Source: a virus. Taken from it: a DNA stretch of 42,577 bases. The DNA lies in IMG/VR virus record IMGVR_UViG_3300028429_000229; one strand, written 5' to 3'. The notes under the pieces were generated by a model, which made no database searches, was not told where the DNA came from, and worked only from the letters and a program-made list of their open reading frames with translations. Below, piece by piece: positions 18,478 through 27,638 of the stretch. Position numbers and translations under genes: made by a program. The stretch's first letter is position 1; the number at the start of each line of letters is the position of its first letter.

Positions 18478-18676
18478 ACCGGGGTTCGACGCCTCCAAGC
18501 TCGCAACCCAGCGCACCATTGCGCCCGCCTGCCCGACACCATCGAGCGCCGAAAAGCTCCGCGTGATCGAGGTGGAAATAGAAGCGGCTATTCGGGCCGG
18601 GGCCGCACCGGATGCGCTCGCGACCGAGTGGGAGCGGCTCGACGAGGCCGCGCGCATTTGCAGGGGGCGGAAATGA
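18377..18676 (+). CDS. o-spanin (Rz1-like outer-membrane lipoprotein)
   Basis: Signal peptide MIRRKTILLSAAALLTFLTGC with lipobox LTGC. Starts inside the preceding ORF and extends beyond it (overlapped spanin architecture). Confidence 0.7.
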   Translation: MIRRKTILLSAAALLTFLTGCASGPGPMALAVHEPGFDASKLATQRTIAPACPTPSSAEKLRVIEVEIEAAIRAGAAPDALATEWERLDEAARICRGRK

Positions 18677-18710
18677 AGCAGAACAATGCGCTGCGGAAGG
18701 GGTATTGCCG

Positions 18711-18923
18711 ATGAAAACCCCAGACGTTGAAGCGATTAATCTCGACGCTCGCTTGGCCACTTTTGACGATGGCGGCACGGGCATCATTACGGATATGTTC
18801 GATGCCGATGGCGAGGATACCGCTGACCCTGAAGAAGCCGTTGCCGTGGTGATTGAGCACAAGAAAAGTGGGCGTTTCTTTGTCGGGCTACCAGAGGACT
18901 TTGATTCAGGGGTCTTGCAATGA
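18711..18923 (+). CDS. Hypothetical acidic protein
   Basis: 70 aa counted from ATG 18711. Lower-GC segment after the lysis cassette. Confidence 0.5.
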   Translation: MKTPDVEAINLDARLATFDDGGTGIITDMFDADGEDTADPEEAVAVVIEHKKSGRFFVGLPEDFDSGVLQ

Positions 18924-19150
18924 GTGAAGATACGCGCGACATTGCTATTGCAACCAAAACTGAGGTTGCCCGCCTGCGTGAAGATGTCAGGGAAATGCGC
19001 GATGAGATTGCCGAGTTTAAGCGCGACCTAAACGAGCGGCGCGGCATGGAAAAGCTCGCGGGCTGGATGCGAACAACCATCGGCGGGGGCATTGGTTCCG
19101 GTCTGACAATCGTTGCTTACAAGCTAATGGGCCTTCCCCTCCCCAAATAA
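18920..19150 (+). CDS. Hypothetical membrane-anchored protein
   Basis: ATGA overlap. Coiled-coil N-terminus and a C-terminal hydrophobic segment GGGIGSGLTIVAYKLMGL. Confidence 0.55.
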   Translation: MSEDTRDIAIATKTEVARLREDVREMRDEIAEFKRDLNERRGMEKLAGWMRTTIGGGIGSGLTIVAYKLMGLPLPK

Positions 19151-19160
19151 GGAGCCGCCT

Positions 19161-19529
19161 ATGTTCGGCACGCCTTTTGGACCACCGCCCCCGGAGTGTC
19201 GCGGTTCATTTCGCACAGCTCTCTTTCTGTTCGTGGTGTTCTTTGTCCTGTTTGGCGTGGGTGCTTACCACGCAAGGGCGCATAGCTGGTATCCATATGA
19301 ATGCTGCTCGGAAGTTGATTGCTTCCCTGTCCCGGTTCCGCGCACCGAGATCGAGCGCACGCCGGATGGATGGCGGCTCAAGAAGGAGGGGGTTGTCATC
19401 CCCTTTGATGCGGCGCGGACTTCGCCCGATGGGCAATTCCATCTCTGCCGGGATGAGCGTGGCAAGGGAAAGCTCATCACGCCCTACGGAAAGCCGCCAT
19501 GCTTTTGGGTGCCGGAGCCGGGAGGGTGA
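19161..19529 (+). CDS. Cys-rich secreted or membrane protein
   Basis: AAGGAG RBS. N-terminal TM/signal LFLFVVFFVLFGVGAY followed by HSWYPYECCSEVDCFPV. Last gene of the rightward block. Confidence 0.65.
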   Translation: MFGTPFGPPPPECRGSFRTALFLFVVFFVLFGVGAYHARAHSWYPYECCSEVDCFPVPVPRTEIERTPDGWRLKKEGVVIPFDAARTSPDGQFHLCRDERGKGKLITPYGKPPCFWVPEPGG

Positions 19530-19567
19530 AGTCACGCCTTCTTTGCGTGTCGCCGATCCCCACTTGG

Positions 19568-19593
19568 TGAACAACAAGCGCGGTTGTGGTTCA
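19568..19593. terminator. Hairpin between the convergent operon ends
   Basis: tgaacaacaa-gcgcgg-ttgtggttca (9 of 10 bp paired). Lies between stop 19529 (+) and stop 19602 (-). No clear U tract on either strand. Confidence 0.4.
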
Positions 19594-19601
19594 TGGGTTG
19601 A

Positions 19602-20111
19602 TCATTTGACCCCTGCTTCGTAAAGCGCTCGGGCGCGGAGGAGATCATCCCATTCGAATCCTGTAAACCATCCATCAGGGTTTGAAGCTGGATGATCTGC
19701 CGGATACTCGGCAGCGCAACTTTCGACATCGGCGCACATTTCAGCGAACGGCTTCAGCGCCTCTCTCAGGGCGAGAACGTGCCGCCCCGCGAACTCGGCG
19801 CGCTTATGATGATACTCGTTGAGGCGTTCGAGCCGCCCGACCTTGCCGCGCAAGGCTTCATTCTCTTTTCGGAGGCGGGCAGTCTTTTCGCGTTCCTCGA
19901 CAAGCCATCCGTAATGCTCGACGGCATGAGCGCGGTTTATGTCATTCTCTGCCCGGAGGCGTTCAATTTCGCGAGCAGCTTCGACTTTGATAGGCGTGGT
20001 CCGAAATGTCTGCACAAAGTAGTTCTCGTTGTCCGGCGTCGCCTCCACGGAAAGCGTCGCGGAATCTCGCACGCGATAGACGCCCAGCAGCCTCTCCACC
20101 AGATCACTCAT
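19602..20111 (-). CDS. Hypothetical coiled-coil protein
   Basis: ATG 20111 preceded by GGGAGGAA (the track's 20144 start is a TTG). Overlaps the upstream stop by 8 nt. Confidence 0.6.
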   Translation of the reverse strand: MSDLVERLLGVYRVRDSATLSVEATPDNENYFVQTFRTTPIKVEAAREIERLRAENDINRAHAVEHYGWLVEEREKTARLRKENEALRGKVGRLERLNEYHHKRAEFAGRHVLALREALKPFAEMCADVESCAAEYPADHPASNPDGWFTGFEWDDLLRARALYEAGVK

Positions 20112-20418
20112 CGTTTCCTCCCAGGTCGCGGATGGCGGTTTCAATCCAGAGCGAAACGTCTTGTGCCGCTATGTCGTAGACCTCTGACGGAGATTGTTCG
20201 TCTCGCCAAACATCGGGAACACTGAAGCGATTTGGCGTCCCGTATTCACCGGCGATCCTCGCGCACCGCTCCCGCTCTTCCATGATCGCGCGGGCGATGA
20301 CCCTGATATCAAGCCGCTCCGCCTGTGATCCCTGATAGTGAGGGCTGGTAGTTTCCAGCACGTCATAGACCGTCTCAGCCTTTGCCAGGATGTCCTCGGG
20401 TATCTCGCTCATTTCCAT
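20104..20418 (-). CDS. Hypothetical protein
   Basis: ATG 20418 with AGGAGA upstream. Confidence 0.6.
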   Translation of the reverse strand: MEMSEIPEDILAKAETVYDVLETTSPHYQGSQAERLDIRVIARAIMEERERCARIAGEYGTPNRFSVPDVWRDEQSPSEVYDIAAQDVSLWIETAIRDLGGNDE

Positions 20419-20433
20419 CACTCTTCTCCTTCC

Positions 20434-22422
20434 CTACGCCTCGATGACCACATAGCGCCGGGCCGTGTCTCCGCCCGGCACCGTCTTGGTCTGAACGCTG
20501 ACGCGCAAGCCGCCGTCAACCTCAACGGGTGTCGCCAGCCTCAACTCGACCAGCACCTTCAGGTGCCGCAGGTCGCCACTCGCCGGCACCTGCTCGCGGA
20601 AATACGGCTCGGCGTCAGTCAGAACCTTGGCCGCATCGTGGGTCAGCAGATGCTGCGTCCCGTGGCGATCCATGTAGCTCGCCAGAATGGTTGCCATCAT
20701 GCGCCCCTCGCCTGCCGACGTGGCCGTGGTGTCGAACGGGCGCAGCGCGTAGCTGCTGTCGCCATTCGGCAGCGGGAAGCCTTGCCGTTCCAGCCACAGG
20801 GGCTTCGTCTCGATCGCGGCGTTGTTCGACTTGGCGTCGTCGATGCGAACGTACTTGGCCCGGTAGCCTTCGCCGAACCCGTATAGCGCTGCGTCGTGCT
20901 CGTCGGCAGCGTACATGGTCGCCGTGATCCGAACCGCGTTGACGATGTTGCCCGCACCGCGCACTGCGTCCTGCGAGCCGGCGGCGCGCACACCCTTGGG
21001 CGTGTGCTGCAACACCAGCGACGCCACGTTGGCGAGGCGGGCCAGCCCGTTCACAGCTTCCATGACTTCGCCCATCGCCACGTTGTCGTTTTCTTCCTCG
21101 TGGTGCAGGCTCACCAGCGGGTCAAGGGTCAGCACGTCGAAGCTCTCGCCTTTGATCAGCCTCGCCAATTCCTGCACATCGGCCATCACGACCTGGTGGT
21201 TCTTGTCCATCAGCCGGAACCGCATCTCGCGACCCGGCCACAGCAGAACGTTCCGCTCGACCTCGGCGACATCCAGACCGTAGATCGCGCATGTCGCGTA
21301 CAGCCGCGCTTCCATCTCGTGCCGGTCATCTTCGAGGTTGTAGATCACGGTCTTGAACGGGCGGGGCACATGGTAGTTCCCGAACGGTCGGCCGACCGCG
21401 CCGTGCGCAGCGATCGCCAGCGACAGCGCCGACTTGCCGACGCCGCCCGCGCCGGCCAGCACGGTCGTCTCGCGCCGCAGCAGCAGCCTGTGCATCACCC
21501 ACTCACGCGCAGGAATATTCTCGATCGGCGTGAGCTTGCGCTTCTGAAACACGCTGTCGAACTTCCCGCGCGACGACGGGGCTGGCAGCGTGACCGGCTC
21601 GCCGGCTTGGTCCTTCAGCGATGACACGCCACCGGACCCCTGCCGGGCCAGTGCGTAGTTCGCCGCATTGCCGCAGATCGTCACAAGCTCGGCGATGTCC
21701 CACGGCGGCGAACAGCGCGGGTTCCAGTGCTCAGCCATCAGTTCGGCCGCGCGCTCGCCCGACACGCCGATCTCGATCAGCCGGGCCGCCACGGCATAGG
21801 TTGTGTTGTTCCCGCCCCGCCCCTCGACCGCAGCGGGCGCATCCTTCTCGAGATAGTGGATGGCGAACACGATGTCGTCGGGATCGTCCACGCTGACGGC
21901 CGCCGCGCGGTCGCGCTGCTTCGGCTCCCCGCATTGCAGGATAAAGCTGGCCGGCGCAGCAGCGGCCTGCCGGTCCTCGACCAGCGTGTACGCGCCGCGG
22001 TACCCCTTGGCCCCGTCGGCGTCGTCAAACACAGAGCCGGGGCCGACGACGTAGCCGCCCTTCGATCGGATGTCGATGCCGGGCGCCACGCGATCCACGC
22101 TGTTCGCCACATCCGGCCCGCGATAGTACAGGTGCATCCCGCCGCCGGGCGTCCTGACGGTCAACGTCTCGGGCAGGTCCACGTCCAGCAGCGACGCGAA
22201 GCCGTTCTTGCCGGCGTCCACATCCACGATCAGCCAGCCGTCACCGCCCGCCACGCCGTAGTTGTAGCTCGGGTTGAACGCCCACCACGCGCGGATCTTG
22301 GCCGGATCACTGGTCGCTTCGGCCCGCCACAGCAGGCCCTTGGGCGGCACCTTGCTGCCGGGCTGGATCGGGAAGATGCGGAAGCCGCGCGCGGCCCACG
22401 CCAGGGCGTAGTCCAGTAGCAT
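20434..22422 (-). CDS. Bifunctional primase-polymerase (PrimPol) / helicase
   Basis: N-terminal GFRIFPIQPGSKVP, LIVDVDAGKNG and GGGMHLYY (PrimPol motifs). Central Walker A is LAGAGGVGKS (RepA/DnaB-like ATPase). Confidence 0.85.
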   Translation of the reverse strand: MLLDYALAWAARGFRIFPIQPGSKVPPKGLLWRAEATSDPAKIRAWWAFNPSYNYGVAGGDGWLIVDVDAGKNGFASLLDVDLPETLTVRTPGGGMHLYYRGPDVANSVDRVAPGIDIRSKGGYVVGPGSVFDDADGAKGYRGAYTLVEDRQAAAAPASFILQCGEPKQRDRAAAVSVDDPDDIVFAIHYLEKDAPAAVEGRGGNNTTYAVAARLIEIGVSGERAAELMAEHWNPRCSPPWDIAELVTICGNAANYALARQGSGGVSSLKDQAGEPVTLPAPSSRGKFDSVFQKRKLTPIENIPAREWVMHRLLLRRETTVLAGAGGVGKSALSLAIAAHGAVGRPFGNYHVPRPFKTVIYNLEDDRHEMEARLYATCAIYGLDVAEVERNVLLWPGREMRFRLMDKNHQVVMADVQELARLIKGESFDVLTLDPLVSLHHEEENDNVAMGEVMEAVNGLARLANVASLVLQHTPKGVRAAGSQDAVRGAGNIVNAVRITATMYAADEHDAALYGFGEGYRAKYVRIDDAKSNNAAIETKPLWLERQGFPLPNGDSSYALRPFDTTATSAGEGRMMATILASYMDRHGTQHLLTHDAAKVLTDAEPYFREQVPASGDLRHLKVLVELRLATPVEVDGGLRVSVQTKTVPGGDTARRYVVIEA

Positions 22423-22667
22423 CACCGCACCCGCTTCACGGCGCGGTAGCTGTTCTTCAGTTCGCCGAGCGCCAGCACGTAGCCCTCACGCTTCAGCGCT
22501 GTGCGAGCCTCGCCAATGGCGCGGCTGCACCGGCTGTGCATTTGCGTCGGCGTCAAGCTGTCCGACGGCTCGCGGCTCACGATCCGGTAGATCTGTTCGA
22601 GCTTGATGTCCTGACCTGGCAGGTTCATGAACGTCCGAACCAGTTCCTCGTAAGCCTTCTTTTTCAT
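22422..22667 (-). CDS. Small hypothetical protein, possible DNA-binding regulator
   Basis: 81 aa. AGGAGA RBS. First gene behind promoter/operator copy A. Its stop overlaps the primase ATG by 1 nt. Confidence 0.6.
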   Translation of the reverse strand: MKKKAYEELVRTFMNLPGQDIKLEQIYRIVSREPSDSLTPTQMHSRCSRAIGEARTALKREGYVLALGELKNSYRAVKRVR

Positions 22668-22683
22668 GCGTCTGTCTCCTGTC

Positions 22684-22719
22684 GCATAAATGTTTATGCG
22701 CGTTTCGCCTGCCGGTCAA
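22684..22719 (-). promoter_or_regulatory. Promoter P_A plus palindromic operator
   Basis: Minus strand reads TTGACC (22719-22714), a 15-bp spacer, then CATAAA (22698-22693). The palindrome gcataaatgtttatgc occupies 22684-22699. Confidence 0.6.
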
Positions 22720-22900
22720 TAGCGATTTCGACCGCAAGGTTCAGCGCATCGACAATCCGTTCGGCGTCGTCCCGGTTGAAGCACATGGCGACAGCCTTGA
22801 TGGCTTTCGTTTCGCCGACCGCCGGGTGTCCGCGCTTGCGGTCGAACACGAACCATCGCCCGCGCACATCTTCCGTAGTCTCGTAGTAGTAGCGGTTCAT
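22694..22900 (-). CDS. Hypothetical protein
   Basis: ATG 22900 with AGGAGG upstream and an ATGA overlap with the polymerase stop. Its TAA stop lies inside the operator half-site. Confidence 0.6.
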   Translation of the reverse strand: MNRYYYETTEDVRGRWFVFDRKRGHPAVGETKAIKAVAMCFNRDDAERIVDALNLAVEIAIDRQAKRA

Positions 22901-25026
22901 TTCACAAACCTCCTGTCGCGCCACGCGGCGCTGGTTAACGGGAAGCCGGCAGCCCAAGACGGCAGCACGGCCATGAGTTCCTGCACTTCAGCCTTGTCCC
23001 CGGTGCCGATCAGAACCTCGAACACGCCTTCATCATGGACATGGAGCACAACCGGGTAGCCGGCGCGCTCGCAGTTCATCATGCCGAACACAAGCAGATC
23101 GCGGCACAAACCCTGGATGATGTTCTCCCATATCAGCCCGCCGTAGAGCGACACATCGCCCCACTTGTTCAAGCGGCTGTCCCCTCCCTCGACGATGACC
23201 TGCCGCCGAATACGGCCGGCTTCCTTCGTCTCGCGGATGCGCGGGTAAAAATATGACAGCGGCCTGCCGCTCGGCAGATAGATGTGCAGGAACTTGCGGT
23301 TGCGTGCGCAGTACATCCTGACCTTGCCGCCGAGTAGCTGGACCATCTGGCCCGGCTCGCTGACGGCCTCGACCACGGCGTCCTGCACGTCCCACCACGA
23401 CTGAACCGTGCGCGGGTGGCCGGCTCGCCAGCCGTCCACGACGTAGCGCAGCGAGGTCCACACATCTTCGGACAGCCCGAACTTCGCGCTGTTCTCGAAC
23501 TTGACCCGCGACTTCTCCCACATCACAGGGTCGGCGGTCGGCATCACGACTCGCGCGATGGCGTCCGGCTTGAACCCGTAGTTCGCAGCGCCGGACAGGA
23601 ACGCGCCGACCGCACCCTGGTAGCCGAGGAACAGTTCCTGCACCTTGCCGATCTGGCGCTTCGGCCCCTTGCCGATGCTCTCGACCGGCTCGCCGAACGA
23701 CTTGCTGTATGACAGCTTGTACAGGTCCGGCCCGATCCCCGCGTCGTATTCGCGGAACGCCTCGGTCTTCCACGTCTCGCCGGCCAGCCACGCCGAGCCG
23801 CGCCCCTCGACGTTCGAGTAGTCGCAGCCGATCAGTTCCTTGCCGTCCTCGGCGACGATCATCGCGCGGGTGCACTTGCCGATCGCGCGCATCGGCACGT
23901 AGCCGAGCAGTTCGCACCAGTCCACGGCATCGGCCGGCGAAGCGGCGTTCCGCAGGATGTGCAGCATGTTCTCGATCAGCGGCCCGTCTTCGTCGGGGTC
24001 TATGCGCTCAAGGTTGTGCGGCTGGTACAGCGACCCGGCCCACCGGCCGGTGCTGGCCTTGTGGTAAACCAGCAGGCCGCGCGCCCGCTCGTCGAAGTTC
24101 ACGCAGCGCAGACCCGCCCCGTACTTCGCCAGACTGGTCGCCTTTGCCCCGAGCCGGCGCAGCGTCACGACGCGCTCGGCCAGTTCGTCCTCGAACAGCC
24201 GGGCGTGGTCGATGATGTCCTCGACATCGCCCTTGCTCATGCTCTCGACCGGGATGCCGCGCCCGCGCAGCCACGTCTTGATGCTTTCAAGCTGCGTGGC
24301 CTTCGCCACAGCGCCGTCCGTCAGCGCGCACAACTCGACATCGACGCGGCGCTTCGCCTCGTCCAGGAATGCGTCGGCCTTGCGCATCAGTTCCGTATCG
24401 AGACGGAAGCCGCGCAGGTTCACAACAAGATCAAAATGGTAGACCTCGCGCTCTCCGTCGCTGAACGGCGGCAGTTCCTTGTCAAGGTCGATCGTCGTCC
24501 ACACGTCGTCCGGACAGTAAACGTACAGCTTTCTGAAATCCTCAGGGTCTTCGTTCCATAGGATCACATCAGTCGGCTCGCCTTTCTTCGGCTTGCGCGG
24601 CTTGCACAGCCGCACCATCGCCGCGTGACCCTCGGCGTTCTTGCGGGCCTTGACCCGCAGCAGCGTGCTCGCGCCGTCCAGTGATCCCATCAGGGACATG
24701 ATGTGCGACCGCGCCATCGTGCAGTCCATCTGATGCGGAGACAGCTTGCCCCACCCAAGGCGCGGTTCGCAAACGTAGGTCCAGATCATCAGCTCGAACA
24801 TGGCGTTGTGTGCCACGATCGTCGCGCCTGCGGCCACGGCGTCGATCAGGTTTCGTGGCGGCGGGTCGCCCCGCCGCCACAGGGTCATGGAACCGTGGCC
24901 CCATTCATCCTCGATCAGATACGCCGCGCACAGAACCTCCGTCGTGGGATCCTGCGCGTAACGCGCGGATCCGCACTTCACCAGGTCGCATGCACTGCGC
25001 GTTTCGAAATCGAGATAAATCTTCAT
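22897..25026 (-). CDS. Family A DNA polymerase with 3'-5' exonuclease domain
   Basis: 709 aa counted from ATG 25026. ExoI IYLDFETRS, motif A CDYSNVEGR, motif B RQIGKVQELFLGYQG, motif C LHVHDEG. Confidence 0.9.
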   Translation of the reverse strand: MKIYLDFETRSACDLVKCGSARYAQDPTTEVLCAAYLIEDEWGHGSMTLWRRGDPPPRNLIDAVAAGATIVAHNAMFELMIWTYVCEPRLGWGKLSPHQMDCTMARSHIMSLMGSLDGASTLLRVKARKNAEGHAAMVRLCKPRKPKKGEPTDVILWNEDPEDFRKLYVYCPDDVWTTIDLDKELPPFSDGEREVYHFDLVVNLRGFRLDTELMRKADAFLDEAKRRVDVELCALTDGAVAKATQLESIKTWLRGRGIPVESMSKGDVEDIIDHARLFEDELAERVVTLRRLGAKATSLAKYGAGLRCVNFDERARGLLVYHKASTGRWAGSLYQPHNLERIDPDEDGPLIENMLHILRNAASPADAVDWCELLGYVPMRAIGKCTRAMIVAEDGKELIGCDYSNVEGRGSAWLAGETWKTEAFREYDAGIGPDLYKLSYSKSFGEPVESIGKGPKRQIGKVQELFLGYQGAVGAFLSGAANYGFKPDAIARVVMPTADPVMWEKSRVKFENSAKFGLSEDVWTSLRYVVDGWRAGHPRTVQSWWDVQDAVVEAVSEPGQMVQLLGGKVRMYCARNRKFLHIYLPSGRPLSYFYPRIRETKEAGRIRRQVIVEGGDSRLNKWGDVSLYGGLIWENIIQGLCRDLLVFGMMNCERAGYPVVLHVHDEGVFEVLIGTGDKAEVQELMAVLPSWAAGFPLTSAAWRDRRFVK

Positions 25027-25196
25027 CCGAACATTCCGATCCCTTGGGGTGCACCTGCTTGACTTCTTGCTTCCGCGCCCACAGTGCACCTTGCATCCAT
25101 TGCTGCGCGTCCTTGGTTCCAAGGTCGAACGGGCATACGGCAGCCGCGGTCCTTCGGCGCAAGTCTTCCACGCCTTTTCTGTAAGGGTTCACGTTA

Positions 25197-25940
25197 TTAC
25201 CCCCACCCGTCGCTGCCGCCGGCCGCAGCCGTGGACTGCATGATCTGGTTCGGGTCTTCGACCCCGAGCGCGACCGCCTCGCCGCCCTCGTCAGCCGACG
25301 CGCCGCCCCCGCCACCGAGGAAGTTGTCGTCGGCCAGCTTCCACAGGCCCTGCAACCCAAGAGCCACGCCGGGATTGGCCGACGTGGTGGACTTGAAGCA
25401 GACCAGCTTCGCCTCGACCCACGCGCCGCCGTACATTTCCTTTTCCAGTTCTTCGGGCAGGATCGGCACCCACCGCCCGGCAACCGCCTTGAAGCACGGG
25501 ACCTGCCGACCGGACTTGGCGTTGAAGAACGGCAGGCCGACGACATAGCCGTCGCTGGTGCCCTTCATCGGCTCACGCCCACCGTCGGCGACGTTGACCT
25601 TCAGAGCCTGGTCCTTGATCGGCGAGTTCTTGCTGTACTTGTCCATGAACATGGACGGGTCGGTGACGCTCGGATACGCAGCGCGCGCCGTGCTCTTGCA
25701 CAACTCGGCAAGCGGGCCGATGTTCGTGGTCGGGAACAGTCCGGCCGCCTGATACTTGCCTTCGGCGTTCGGGTCGCGAAGGTTCTTGGCTCGCTTCGCA
25801 AGGCTCGGGTACGACAGGCGCACCGCGCCGCTCAGCACGCCGCCACCTTCGGCGACGCGCATCGGTTTGCTGCGCAGCAGGAAGTTGATCTGCTCCAGCG
25901 TCAGGCGCGTATTCATGCGCGGGTCAATCGCGGTCAACAT
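25197..25940 (-). CDS. DUF2815-type phage single-stranded DNA-binding protein
   Basis: VRLSYPSLAKRA...GKYQAAGLFP pattern. Gly-rich, acidic C-terminal tail. Canonical position between the DUF2800 nuclease and the polymerase. Confidence 0.7.
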   Translation of the reverse strand: MLTAIDPRMNTRLTLEQINFLLRSKPMRVAEGGGVLSGAVRLSYPSLAKRAKNLRDPNAEGKYQAAGLFPTTNIGPLAELCKSTARAAYPSVTDPSMFMDKYSKNSPIKDQALKVNVADGGREPMKGTSDGYVVGLPFFNAKSGRQVPCFKAVAGRWVPILPEELEKEMYGGAWVEAKLVCFKSTTSANPGVALGLQGLWKLADDNFLGGGGGASADEGGEAVALGVEDPNQIMQSTAAAGGSDGWG

Positions 25941-25956
25941 TTTCGATCTCCGATTT

Positions 25957-27153
25957 TCAGGGTTGCGGCAGCGCGACAGGCGCTCCGACCGTGGCAGTCA
26001 TTGCAGCGGCGGGGTCCACGGCCTCCCCCTTCGCCGTCTCAGGGACCAGCTTCAATCCCGAAGATTTCTTCTCGACAAACGCGGCCATGGATTTCACGGC
26101 GGCCTTGTCGGACTTGATCAGCTTCTCCGCCTGCGCGACGGTCAGCAGCTTGCGCGGCGCGTACTCGTCCTCGTCGAGTATGGTGTTCTCGGCGAACCAT
26201 CTCTTCGCCCCTTCGGCGTTCTCCCACGACCGGCGAGCCTGCTTCTCGATCAACTTCATGCCGGGGATCTTCGTGCCGCCCATCGCCATCGACAGGGCGG
26301 CGTCCTCGATGCCGTCGATGAACGCCTGCAGCACGGGCAGCAGCGCCAGCGTCTCGGCCAGTTTCTGCGGATCGCGGCATGAACCGGCAGGCGGTAACGT
26401 TACAGTTACGCTGTCGCCGTGCACCGGCCATATCTCGGTTGCGCGGACCGCTGTTCGCGGCAGCGCCGGGCAGTCCGGCGCGCCCGCGCACCACTGGCAC
26501 CACGAACCCGGCGTCGGTTCTGGCTCGACCGCCAGCGCGTTCGCCCTTGCCTCGTCAATCTCACCGTCGAGCACCATCAGGTCCGCCGGCCCGTAGAGCA
26601 TCGTGCGGATCGGCTCGGCACCGAACGCGCGTGGCTGGATCACAGTTGCCTCGATACGACGAACCGGGTGCTGCCAGTTGATCGTTGCGCACAAGGCGTA
26701 AAACCGAAGCTGCACCGCCGCCGCGTCAACCAGTTTATAGCCGTGCTTGTAGTCGATGACGCGCAGCGTCTCGGATGCCGGGTCGTAGATCACGCAATCC
26801 GCCGTGCCGCCCGTATCCTCGTGCAGCTTGAACTTCTGCTCGATCAGCACGATTGCATCCGGCTCATGCAGCAGCGGCAGGATGAAATCGACGGCCTTCT
26901 GCACCGCCTCGACATCCTCGGCGTCGTATTCGACGTGGCCCGGCAGCAGAGCCTGGCCCTCGAACTCCAACACGCTGTCCCGCCGCTCGCGCAGCGCCAG
27001 TTCCAGCAGGGCATGGGCATGGGTGCCGCGCATGGCGTGCTCGCTCGGCGGGCTTGGCGGCGCGGCGGCGCACAGCTTGACGGACGCCGCGCACCGCAAC
27101 CAGCGGTGCGCGTTCGATCCGCCGAACGGAAGATGTTCCCGTTCGTCTGACAT
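25957..27153 (-). CDS. DUF2800-type PD-(D/E)XK (Cas4-like) nuclease
   Basis: GGSNAHRWLRCAAS, GTHAHALLE, VIDYKHGYKLV and QLRFYAL motifs. C-terminal Cys cluster WCQWCAGAPDCPA. Confidence 0.8.
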   Translation of the reverse strand: MSDEREHLPFGGSNAHRWLRCAASVKLCAAAPPSPPSEHAMRGTHAHALLELALRERRDSVLEFEGQALLPGHVEYDAEDVEAVQKAVDFILPLLHEPDAIVLIEQKFKLHEDTGGTADCVIYDPASETLRVIDYKHGYKLVDAAAVQLRFYALCATINWQHPVRRIEATVIQPRAFGAEPIRTMLYGPADLMVLDGEIDEARANALAVEPEPTPGSWCQWCAGAPDCPALPRTAVRATEIWPVHGDSVTVTLPPAGSCRDPQKLAETLALLPVLQAFIDGIEDAALSMAMGGTKIPGMKLIEKQARRSWENAEGAKRWFAENTILDEDEYAPRKLLTVAQAEKLIKSDKAAVKSMAAFVEKKSSGLKLVPETAKGEAVDPAAAMTATVGAPVALPQP

Positions 27154-27154
27154 A

Positions 27155-27574
27155 TCAGATCACCTTCTTGCCGGCGGCAAAAGCGTTCAGGTCGGCGAGC
27201 AGCCGCGCGCGCTGATCGGCGCGAACCGTGCGCAGACCGGCGGGCGAGCCGTCGTCCTTCTGGAACGTGGCCGCAATGTATTCCTTCACCCTGGCCTGCG
27301 CGCCGGCACCGAGCTTGTCGATGGCGCTGTTCGCCGCCGTCGACAGTTCCGCCTCAGTCGGCACGTAGTCAGAAGGGGCGCCTGCGGTAATGGCGGCAGG
27401 TGCGGGCTCCGGGGCTGCGGGGGTTTCCTTCTTCTCGGCCTTGGCCTTGGGCGGGGCCGACGGCGTAGGCACGGCGGCCGGGGCGGGAAAACCGTGCGTC
27501 CCGGCCAAGGCACTCAGTACCCGAGCAACGTCGTCCTTTTCCGTGTCGAGATTGATTTGAATGTGGATTTGCAT
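27155..27574 (-). CDS. Hypothetical protein with a Pro/Ala-rich linker
   Basis: ATG 27574 with AGGAGA upstream. Sits immediately behind promoter P_B. Confidence 0.6.
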   Translation of the reverse strand: MQIHIQINLDTEKDDVARVLSALAGTHGFPAPAAVPTPSAPPKAKAEKKETPAAPEPAPAAITAGAPSDYVPTEAELSTAANSAIDKLGAGAQARVKEYIAATFQKDDGSPAGLRTVRADQRARLLADLNAFAAGKKVI

Positions 27575-27601
27575 GTCGATGTTTCTCCTGTGTTGATCGA
27601 C

Positions 27602-27638
27602 GCATAAAATATTATACATACTGGCGGGTCGGTGTCAA
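27602..27638 (-). promoter_or_regulatory. Promoter P_B plus operator
   Basis: Minus strand reads TTGACA (27638-27633), a 16-bp spacer, then TATAAT (27616-27611). The palindrome gcataaaatattatac occupies 27602-27617 (1 mismatch). Confidence 0.75.

Noticed and set aside
22897-25122. Extended 741-aa polymerase start (track start 25122), and the extended MRKDPP start of the zinc-ribbon gene at 35496.
   Set aside because: 25122 is a TTG without an RBS, whereas ATG 25026 begins the conserved exonuclease motif MKIYLDFETRS with AAGGGA upstream. ATG 35592 has a strong AAGGAGAGG RBS, whereas 35496 has none.
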